This document shows positions 1 to 6,668 of a stretch of 32,000 nt of DNA, one piece after another. The stretch is from Erysipelotrichaceae bacterium. Its GTDB lineage: Bacteria; Bacillota_I; Bacilli_A; Erysipelotrichales; Erysipelotrichaceae. A model generated the notes under the pieces. It searched no databases, had not been told where the DNA came from, and saw only the letters and a program-made list of their open reading frames with translations. Every line of letters starts with the position of its first letter. The first letter of the stretch is position 1. The translations under genes were made by a program, and so were the position numbers. The stretch is taken from contig OY781039.1 of the NCBI GenBank assembly GCA_963676105.1, positions 1 through 32,000 on the forward strand. The letters run 5' to 3'.

Positions 1-3000
1 CAACAAATCCAGTAGTAGGTGTATATGAGAAACCACCATTAGCAGCTAATACTAGAACACCATTTACAACGTTAACATTTAGAACTGAGGTTAAAGGATC
101 AGCTTCAACATCAGTATCGTTAGCTAAGATACCAGCTGCAGCAACTGTCAATGTGGTGTTACCAACTACTGTATACGTATTAGCAACAGCTACAGGAGCA
201 TCATTTACTGGTGTAACTTCGATGGTAATTGTTGCAGGATCAGAAACTAATCCTTCTTCATCTTCAACTGTAAAGGTGAAACTATCACTACCAACAAAGT
301 TAGCATTAGGTGTATAAGTAATCGCAGAACCTGTACCACTTAGAACACCATTAGTAGGAGTAGTTGTAGCATAGATTAAGGTTGCACTTTCTATATCATC
401 ACCATCTAAAGTAACATCTAGAGCAGTATCTTCAGGAGTTGTTAACTCTTGACCTTCAGCTGTAGGAGTATCATTAACTGGTGTCACTTCGATGGTAATT
501 GTTGCTGGATCAGAATCAACTGTTCCATCATTTGTAACGAAGGTAAAGCTATCTGTGCCAACAAAGTTAGTGTTTGGTGTATAAGTGATTTCAGTTCCTG
601 TACCACTTAGAACACCATTAGTAGGATTGGATGGGAAATAAGTTATGAGATCACCATCAACATCATCGCCAGTTAAGGTAATCGCTAATGGAGTATCTTC
701 AGGAGTTGTTAATTCTTGTGAATCAGCAGTAGGTGCATCATTGATTGAATTAATGGTAATTGTAACGGTTGCAGTATCAGTTAACAAACCATCTGTAATT
801 GTATAATCAAAGGAATCTAAACCATTGAAGTTTAGAGCAGGTGTGTAGTTGAATGAACCATTAGTATTCATTACAACGCTACCACCTAGATTTGTTGTAA
901 TTGAGGTTTCAACAACTTCAATTGCATCACCATCAGGATCACTATCATTTAATAAAATACTTTGTTCAACAGGAACTACTAGGATGGTATCTTCATCAGT
1001 TGAGAATGCATTATCTTCAGCAACTGGAGCATCATTGATTGAATTAACAGTAATTGAAATATTAGCAACTTCAGAATATAGTTCACCATCATAAACTCTA
1101 AAGGTGAATGAGTCAGAGCCATGATAATCAGCAGCAGGTGTATAAGTAATATTTTCACCTGTTCCACTTAATGTACCATTTGTTGGATTTGAAACAATAC
1201 TGAAGCTTAGATTTGAACCCTCAAAGTCAGAACCTGTAAGAATGATATCTAAAGGTGTATCTTCATCTGTATCTAGAGTTTGATCATCTGCTACAGGAGC
1301 TTGATTAACTTCAGTAACATTGATTGTTACAGTAGCAGTATTTGAATCAAGATTCCCATCATTAGCAACGTAAGTAAAGCTATCTGTTCCATTAAAGTTG
1401 GTATCAGGAGTATATGTGAATGAACCATCAATACCAAGAATTAAAGTACCGTCAGTAACATTACTTACTAGACTTGATGTTAATGTATCACCATCAATAT
1501 CACTATCATTATCTAAAACACCATCAACAGGAACATTTAAAGTACCATTTTGAGAAACAGTATAAGAGTCATCTGCAGCAACAGGTGCATCGTTAACTGG
1601 TGTAACGTTAATTGTAACGGTTGCAGTATCAGTTAACAAACCATCTGTAATTGTATAATCAAAGGAATCTAAACCATTGAAGTTTAGAGCAGGTGTGTAG
1701 TTGAATGAACCATTAGTATTCATTACAACGCTACCACCTAGATTTGTTGTAATTGAGGTTTCAACAACTTCAATTGCATCACCATCAATATCATAGTCAT
1801 TCAATAAAACGCTTTGTTCGATAGGAACATTAAGTTCAGTATCTTCAGCTGTTGTATATGAATTATTAACTGCAACAGGCGCGTCATTCACAGGATTAAC
1901 AGTAATTGTAACTGTTACTGTATTTGAATTTAATAATGTATCATTTGCTACATATGTGAAGGTATCAATACCTGTGAAATCTACATCTGGAAGATAGGTG
2001 AATGAACCATCAAGATTTAATGTTAATGTACCAAAATTAACATCTGTTACTAAAACAGCAGACAATGGATCACCATCAACATCACTATCATTCGCTAAAA
2101 CTCCACCAGCAGGAATTGTTAATAATGTTTCCTCATCGGTTGAGAAACTATCATTTATAGCCACAGGTGCATCATTAACTGGTGTAACTGTGATTGAGAT
2201 GGTTGCTGGAGTTGATGTTAAATCACCATCACTTGTTGTGAATGTAAAACTATCTGTACCTACATAGTCTAAATCAGGTGTGTATGTAATGTTTGCACCA
2301 GAACCGCTTAATGATCCGTGTGCAGGAGTGCCGGTAATAAAGGTTAAATCATCACCGTTAGGATCAGATCCAGATAAAGTAATCGCTAGAGCTGTATCCT
2401 CAGGAGTTTCCAAATTTTGAGCATCTGCAATAGGTGCGGTATTTGAAACTGTAATATTCACTGTTGCGAAAAGAATAGAATCATCAGTTGAATCATTTGC
2501 GAAATATGTAAAACTATCTGGACCTACATAATCAGTTGTAGGAACATAAGTGAATGAACCGTCGGAATTTAGCGTTAATGTTCCATTTGAAACGTCAGTA
2601 TTTAAACTTGCGCTCAAGGAATCGTTTTCAATATCAGTATCATTAGCTAAAACGCCATTAGGTACTATTGTTAATGAACCGTTCTTATCGACTGAATAAC
2701 TATCATCGACAGCCACAGGTGCATCATTTATTGGATTAACTGTAATGTCTACTGTTACAGTTTCTGAATCATAACCAACGAATCCATCGTTAGCAAAGTA
2801 AGTAAAGCTATCTGGACCGAAGTAATTTGGCACAGGAATATAGACAAATGAACCGTCAGCATTCAATGCAACAACACCATGTAATGCTTGGGTGTCTAGA
2901 ACAGCATTCATTGAATCGCCATCAGAATCGGTATCATTTCCTAAAACACCAGGGGCAACAATTGTAAGTGGTGTATCTTCATCAGTTGAATATTCATCAC

Positions 3001-3685
3001 CAACTGCCACAGGAGCTACATTACTTCTGAAGTAAGCAGTAATACGAACAAATTTTACTGCACCACCTTGATTTGCATTTTCATATTCAATACTTTCTAC
3101 AAACCAGTGATCAAAGACGAATCCATCAATTGTAGCTGGGACAATGGTATAACCATTAGCATTATAATATGCGACAATTGCGTCAGCGTTATCATCTTCT
3201 TCATAAGTTGCCCAGAATGTATTCCATTCATCCACAGGGATAGTAACGATAATCTCTTCATCACCACCATTACCCTGTCCATTATTGGCAGATCCATCGA
3301 CATCAAAGTGCATTTCAAATTGATCGGCAATAACCTCTAAAGTGACCGTTGCGGTATCAGTATCAGTGCCATCAGTTAATGAATAGGTAAATGTATCTGT
3401 ACCATACCAATTTGAGTTTGGGGTATAAACAAAACTACCATTTGAATTCAAGGTCAATGATCCATTGACAACATCAGTATCTAATGAGACTGTAAGTCCG
3501 CTACCAATATCATTATCTAGAACACCTTTATTTGCAGCTACTGAAATTGAAGTATTCTCAGCAACTTCATAAGAGTCATCTATAGCATCAATAGTTAATG
3601 CATAGATTGGTAAGGTGCTCCACGAATTAAATGATAGGGTGAAAACCATTAAGATTTTCGTTAATCGTGTAATTAATTTAAGCAT
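1..3685 (-). CDS. Giant secreted tandem-repeat surface protein / putative adhesin with cadherin-like / VCBS-type Ig-fold repeats. Only the N-terminal ~1228 aa are in the window; the C-terminus lies beyond position 1.
   Basis: Absent from the supplied ORF track because there is no in-window stop. The minus-strand frame from ATG at 3685 stays open to position 1, with GGAGGA at 3693-3698 upstream. The N-terminus MLKLITRLTKILMVFTLSFNSWSTLPIYA looks like a Sec signal peptide. There are at least 12 tandem modules of ~88-98 aa (period 262-295 bp). Subtype A reads VNDAPVA.DDSY...VLANDTD.DGD.L....G.L.L..DGSFTYTP....G.DSFTY. Subtype B reads Q.L.T.EDT.L.I.L.G.D.DGD.L.F...P..G.L.G.G..ITYTP...VG.DSFTF. 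Translated by eye, so a hidden frameshift cannot be fully excluded. Confidence 0.85.
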   Translation of the reverse strand, partial: MLKLITRLTKILMVFTLSFNSWSTLPIYALTIDAIDDSYEVAENTSISVAANKGVLDNDIGSGLTVSLDTDVVNGSLTLNSNGSFVYTPNSNWYGTDTFTYSLTDGTDTDTATVTLEVIADQFEMHFDVDGSANNGQGNGGDEEIIVTIPVDEWNTFWATYEEDDNADAIVAYYNANGYTIVPATIDGFVFDHWFVESIEYENANQGGAVKFVRITAYFRSNVAPVAVGDEYSTDEDTPLTIVAPGVLGNDTDSDGDSMNAVLDTQALHGVVALNADGSFVYIPVPNYFGPDSFTYFANDGFVGYDSETVTVDITVNPINDAPVAVDDSYSVDKNGSLTIVPNGVLANDTDIENDSLSASLNTDVSNGTLTLNSDGSFTYVPTTDYVGPDSFTYFANDSTDDSILFATVNITVSNTAPIADAQNLETPEDTALAITLSGSDPNGDDLTFITGTPAHGSLSGSGANITYTPDLDYVGTDSFTFTTSDGDLTSTPATISITVTPVNDAPVAINDSFSTDEETLLTIPAGGVLANDSDVDGDPLSAVLVTDVNFGTLTLNLDGSFTYLPDVDFTGIDTFTYVANDTLLNSNTVTVTITVNPVNDAPVAVNNSYTTAEDTELNVPIEQSVLLNDYDIDGDAIEVVETSITTNLGGSVVMNTNGSFNYTPALNFNGLDSFDYTITDGLLTDTATVTINVTPVNDAPVAADDSYTVSQNGTLNVPVDGVLDNDSDIDGDTLTSSLVSNVTDGTLILGIDGSFTYTPDTNFNGTDSFTYVANDGNLDSNTATVTINVTEVNQAPVADDQTLDTDEDTPLDIILTGSDFEGSNLSFSIVSNPTNGTLSGTGENITYTPAADYHGSDSFTFRVYDGELYSEVANISITVNSINDAPVAEDNAFSTDEDTILVVPVEQSILLNDSDPDGDAIEVVETSITTNLGGSVVMNTNGSFNYTPALNFNGLDSFDYTITDGLLTDTATVTITINSINDAPTADSQELTTPEDTPLAITLTGDDVDGDLITYFPSNPTNGVLSGTGTEITYTPNTNFVGTDSFTFVTNDGTVDSDPATITIEVTPVNDTPTAEGQELTTPEDTALDVTLDGDDIESATLIYATTTPTNGVLSGTGSAITYTPNANFVGSDSFTFTVEDEEGLVSDPATITIEVTPVNDAPVAVANTYTVVGNTTLTVAAAGILANDTDVEADPLTSVLNVNVVNGVLVLAANGGFSYTPTTGFV
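757..935 (-). repeat. Copy 1 of a 179-bp perfect direct repeat inside the adhesin gene
   Basis: Base-for-base identical to 1609-1787 by direct comparison. The offset is 852 bp (284 codons, three repeat modules). Flanking sequence is clearly diverged. Confidence 0.9.
1609..1787 (-). repeat. Copy 2 of the 179-bp perfect direct repeat inside the adhesin gene
   Basis: Identical to 757-935. It encodes ...AIEVVETSITTNLGGSVVMNTNGSFNYTPALNFNGLDSFDYTITDGLLTDTATVTI. Confidence 0.9.
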
Positions 3686-3701
3686 ATAATTATCCTCCTT
3701 T

Positions 3702-3815
3702 TTGAAAAAATAAAAATGACCGGTTTTCTGCTTTTGTGCAGTTGACCGGTCATAGATTACTCTTTAGACGCCTAACTTTGTGCCCTTAACTTTCGCTAAG
3801 TTTACCTTTTAACAA
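3702..3815 (-). promoter_or_regulatory. Proximal c-di-GMP-I (GEMM-I)-like riboswitch aptamer (about 3741-3812) plus intrinsic terminator (3702-3753), immediately upstream of the adhesin RBS
   Basis: The minus-strand RNA reads AAAAGGUAAAC-CUUAGC-GAAA-GUUAAG-GGCACAAAG-UUAGGC-GUCUAAAG-AGUAAU-CUAUGAC-CG-GUCAAC. GGUAAAC...GAAA...GCACAAAG resembles the GEMM-I core GGCAAAC...GAAA...ACGCAAAG. A 6-bp hairpin is capped by a GAAA tetraloop. GUCUAAAG/CUAUGAC resembles the 11-nt tetraloop receptor (CCUAAG/UAUGG). A 9-bp stem AUGACCGGU/ACCGGUCAU follows, then UUUUUAUUUUUU. Confidence 0.6.
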
Positions 3816-3997
3816 GACGATTCAGTTTTTGTGTCCCTCATTCAATAATCATTCCTCCTTTGAGATATCGATCATCTCTAAGGAATAAAAATGACCGGTT
3901 CTCTGCTATGTGCAGTTGACCGGTCATAGATTGCTCTTTAGACGTCTAACTTTGTGCCCTTAACTTTCGCTAAGTTTACCTTTTAACAATACGATTT
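3711..3997 (-). repeat. Two ~112-bp direct repeat blocks (3711-3823 and 3886-3997, 175-bp period) carrying the riboswitch-like elements
   Basis: Direct alignment by eye gives ~95% identity. Sequence outside the blocks is unrelated. Confidence 0.9.
3880..3990 (-). promoter_or_regulatory. Distal c-di-GMP-I (GEMM-I)-like riboswitch aptamer (about 3915-3986) plus intrinsic terminator (3884-3927); tandem duplicate of the proximal element
   Basis: Same motifs as the proximal copy. Block 3886-3997 differs from 3711-3823 by 5 substitutions and 1 indel over ~112 nt. The terminator stem is AUGACCGGU/ACCGGUCAU followed by UUUUUAUU. Confidence 0.6.
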
Positions 3998-4026
3998 AAT
4001 TGTAAATTTAATAGATAAGAAATCGG

Positions 4027-4078
4027 GGTGCATAAAACAAATTTTTACATACATATATAGATATATAGTTTATGCACC
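4027..4078. promoter_or_regulatory. 10-bp perfect inverted repeat GGTGCATAAA / TTTATGCACC with a 32-bp TA-rich spacer, at or just downstream of the predicted adhesin transcription start
   Basis: The arms at 4027-4036 and 4069-4078 are exact reverse complements. The element sits directly downstream of the -10 box at 4082-4087 on the minus strand. Confidence 0.5.
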
Positions 4079-4081
4079 TAA

Positions 4082-4109
4082 ATTATATACCCTTAAAAAT
4101 CTATGTCAA
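4082..4109 (-). promoter_or_regulatory. Near-consensus sigma-A type promoter for the riboswitch-adhesin transcript
   Basis: Minus strand: TTGACA (4109-4104), 16 nt, TATAAT (4087-4082). Confidence 0.65.
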
Positions 4110-4167
4110 TGTATACGCACATGAACTTTATATCACATAGTAAGCACTTAAAATATGTACCTATAAA

Positions 4168-4192
4168 ATAAAAAGCCTAATTGGCTTTTATT
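4168..4192 (-). terminator. Intrinsic terminator downstream of tRNA-Trp
   Basis: Minus strand: AAAGCC-aatta-GGCUUU followed by UUAUUUUAU. The stem is short, so this is moderate evidence. Confidence 0.5.
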
Positions 4193-4199
4193 GAATATC

Positions 4200-4273
4200 T
4201 GGCAGGGGTAGTAGGAGTTGAACCCACATTATTGGTTTTGGAGACCAGTGCTCTACCATTGAACTATACCCCT
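4200..4273 (-). tRNA. trnW: tRNA-Trp (anticodon CCA), 74 nt with encoded 3' CCA
   Basis: The reverse complement folds as a cloverleaf. Acceptor stem is AGGGGUA/UACCCCU with discriminator G and CCA. D stem is GUUC/GAGC. Anticodon loop is CU-CCA-AA. T arm is GUGGG-UUCAACU-CCUAC. Confidence 0.93.
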
Positions 4274-4287
4274 ATAGGTGCTAAAAC

Positions 4288-4316
4288 ATAATAGCATAGC
4301 ACTTGGGTGTTTTCAA
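4288..4316 (-). promoter_or_regulatory. Promoter for tRNA-Trp
   Basis: Minus strand: TTGAAA (4316-4311), 17 nt, TGcTATTAT (-10 at 4293-4288). The predicted start is ~8 nt before the tRNA 5' end. Confidence 0.55.
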
Positions 4317-4338
4317 TCCTAAACTGTTTAACTATACT
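4310..4338 (+). promoter_or_regulatory. Putative promoter of the GDPD gene (leaderless arrangement)
   Basis: TTTTCA (4310-4315), 17 nt, TATACT (4333-4338). The ATG lies 6 nt after the -10 box and there is no Shine-Dalgarno. Confidence 0.4.
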
Positions 4339-4344
4339 TAAATT

Positions 4345-5145
4345 ATGGAAATCATTTATTCATTTATAGTGATCACACTATTTATCTTTATATATAGACA
4401 ATTTGTTCCAAGAAAAAGAGTCTTTAAATATCCATGGTTGACCACTTATTTTGCACATCGAGGTTTGTATGCAAAAGATCAAAGTGTTGCCGAAAATTCA
4501 ATGTCAGCTTTTAGCTTAGCCAAAGAAAACAATTATGGGATTGAGTTGGATATTTCTTTGAGTAAAGATAATGAACTAATGGTTTTTCATGATGATGATT
4601 TAAACAGGATGTGTGGTATAAATCAAATTATCTCAGAGATGGATTCAAATGAATTAAAAGGAATTAGATTAAAAGATACAGAGGATTTTATTCCTTGTCT
4701 AAGTGACGTGTTCAATTTAATAAAGGGTTCAGTTCCTTTAATGATTGAACTAAAAACTAATCCTAATCGTAAAAAAACAGTAACTTTGCTTAAAGAACAA
4801 TTGAAAAACTATCAAGGGAACATTTGTGTGGTAAGTTTTGATCCATTAATTTTATGGGAAGTAAAACGACAGCTACCTTATGTATTAATAGGTCAAGTTG
4901 TCGAAGATTTTAAATATAATGAAAAATTATCAAAACCTGTACGTATTATTTTAAATTACGCATGTCTTAATTTCTTAGTTAGACCTGATTTTTTGAGTTT
5001 TAAGATTCAAGCCATTAATTGGGTCTATAAACTTCACATTTTTATGAAAGGTTTTGGCGCATTATGGGCCATAAATAGCCTGGATTGTGAAAAAAAATAC
5101 CAAAATTTGGCAAATCTCATTATTTTTGAACATTTTCGTCCATAA
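4345..5145 (+). CDS. Glycerophosphodiester phosphodiesterase family protein with N-terminal membrane anchor
   Basis: GDPD signature AHRGLY...ENSMSAF....GIELDISLSKDNELMVFHDDDLNRM. The N-terminus MEIIYSFIVITLFIFIY is hydrophobic. Confidence 0.85.
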   Translation: MEIIYSFIVITLFIFIYRQFVPRKRVFKYPWLTTYFAHRGLYAKDQSVAENSMSAFSLAKENNYGIELDISLSKDNELMVFHDDDLNRMCGINQIISEMDSNELKGIRLKDTEDFIPCLSDVFNLIKGSVPLMIELKTNPNRKKTVTLLKEQLKNYQGNICVVSFDPLILWEVKRQLPYVLIGQVVEDFKYNEKLSKPVRIILNYACLNFLVRPDFLSFKIQAINWVYKLHIFMKGFGALWAINSLDCEKKYQNLANLIIFEHFRP

Positions 5146-5156
5146 AAAAATTAGAG

Positions 5157-5165
5157 TGCTATACT
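5157..5165 (+). promoter_or_regulatory. Extended -10 promoter element of the MATE gene (leaderless arrangement)
   Basis: TGcTATACT, with the ATG at 5173 seven nt downstream and no Shine-Dalgarno. Confidence 0.45.
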
Positions 5166-5172
5166 TTTATTC

Positions 5173-6585
5173 ATGAGCTTAGTAAATTCAATTTTGAATT
5201 TGTTTAGAGTAGAGAATTTAATCCCGAAAAAACATCAAACACATCCTTTGCCTTCTTCTAGTGAAGTCTATAAAAATACGCTAAATACAGCATGGCCATC
5301 TGCGTTAGAGTCGCTTTTAATTGCCTTAGTTTCGATTGTTGATATGATTATGGTTTCTTCGATTGGAACTGAAGCTATTGCGGCAGTTGGAATTGTCACA
5401 CAACCGCGTTTTATTGTGATGTCTTTTGTAATGGCGCTAAACTTAGGGACAACCGTTGTGGTCGCAAGACGTAAAGGTGCTAATAATCCTGAAAGTGCGA
5501 ATGTTGCGCTCAAAAATGCCTTTATGTTGAGTATTGCTTTGTCGTTAGTCACAACTGTCGTTGGGGCAATTTTTGCGCCTCAAATATTAATCTTCGCAGG
5601 GGCAACTGCTGATTATATGGATTATGCAGTCGGATATTACCGTATTATCCTAATTGGTGCCTTTTTCTTACTTGTGTCGTTGACCATTTCATCTGCTCAA
5701 AGGGGAGTTGGAAATACAAAAGTCTCAATGGTCATTAACATTAGTGCTAACTTAGTTAATGTGCTATTTAATTATTTATTGATTAACGGAATATGGATTT
5801 TCCCAAAACTTGGGGTTATTGGGGCTGCAACTGCAACCTCAATTGGTAACTTTGTTGGTTTTTGTTTAGCTTTATATAGTGTTATGCATCATGATCGTTT
5901 CTTGAGTTTTGTTTCGCATAAAGATTGGCACATTGATATTGAATCAATCAAAATCCTTTATAACATTAGTATGCCAGCCTTTATTGAACAGATCTTTATT
6001 CGTTTTGGTTTCTTGATGTATCAAAAAGCTGTTGCGGGCTTAGGAACCCTTCAATTCGCAACACACTTTATTATTATGCAAATGATGCAGTTAAGTTTCA
6101 GTATTGGGAATGGCCTATCGATTGCAACATCAAGTTTAGTTGGACAAAGTTTAGGGGCAAAAAGAAAAGATTTAGCTTTAATCTATGGCAAAGTTTCACA
6201 ACGACTAGGATTAATCGCTGCCATAAGTTTGTCACTTCTAATTATTATTTTTAGAGTTCAATTTATAGGTTTCTTCACTGAAGATCCAGAAATTATTAAA
6301 CTAGGTACAAACATTATGTTGATATTGGCAATAATTGTTATCTTTCAAATATTACAAGTAATTACGATTGGATCTTTGCGGGGTGCAGGAGATGTTAAGT
6401 TTGTCGCAAAATTATCCATGTTTAGTGTGACACTCATTCGGCCGGCGCTCACTTATGTCTTAGCTTATATGGTAGGTTTAGAGATTTACGGAGCTTGGTT
6501 AAGTGTAATACTAGACCAATTTATACGATATATAGTCAGTCGAATACGTTTTCATAATGCCGAATGGCTATCAATTGAAGTCTAA
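5173..6585 (+). CDS. MATE family efflux transporter
   Basis: 470 aa and highly hydrophobic, with about 12 TM segments. The N-terminal region (NTAWPSALESLLIALVSIVDMIMVSSIGTEAIAAVG) is typical of MATE/NorM-like proteins. Confidence 0.85.
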   Translation: MSLVNSILNLFRVENLIPKKHQTHPLPSSSEVYKNTLNTAWPSALESLLIALVSIVDMIMVSSIGTEAIAAVGIVTQPRFIVMSFVMALNLGTTVVVARRKGANNPESANVALKNAFMLSIALSLVTTVVGAIFAPQILIFAGATADYMDYAVGYYRIILIGAFFLLVSLTISSAQRGVGNTKVSMVINISANLVNVLFNYLLINGIWIFPKLGVIGAATATSIGNFVGFCLALYSVMHHDRFLSFVSHKDWHIDIESIKILYNISMPAFIEQIFIRFGFLMYQKAVAGLGTLQFATHFIIMQMMQLSFSIGNGLSIATSSLVGQSLGAKRKDLALIYGKVSQRLGLIAAISLSLLIIIFRVQFIGFFTEDPEIIKLGTNIMLILAIIVIFQILQVITIGSLRGAGDVKFVAKLSMFSVTLIRPALTYVLAYMVGLEIYGAWLSVILDQFIRYIVSRIRFHNAEWLSIEV

Positions 6586-6639
6586 AAAAAATTCTTTGAA
6601 AGAACAGGGAATTTTTTTTCATTTTGTGATTTATTGGAG

Positions 6640-6645
6640 TATAAT
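6640..6645 (+). promoter_or_regulatory. Candidate -10 box (TATAAT) upstream of the PFOR gene
   Basis: TATAAT lies 23 nt upstream of the ATG, with RBS AGGAGGA at 6658-6664. The -35 (TTTTCA, 18-nt spacing) is weak. Confidence 0.4.
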
Positions 6646-6668
6646 TAATAAGTCTATAGGAGGATTCC

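Noticed and set aside
849-3340. Track ORFs 849..1094(+), 979..1167(-), 1998..2267(+), 3068..3340(+) and 3097..3330(-)
   Set aside because: They lie antisense to, or out of frame with, the long uninterrupted minus-strand adhesin frame. Their translations are low-complexity mirror images of the repeat sequence and they have no RBS. They are artefacts of the repetitive, codon-biased region.
6586-6625. Possible terminator after the MATE gene (AAUUC...GAAUU plus U-run; UUCUUUGAAAGAA palindrome)
   Set aside because: The stems are 4-5 bp and almost entirely A/U, too weak to call confidently. Transcription may read into the PFOR promoter region.
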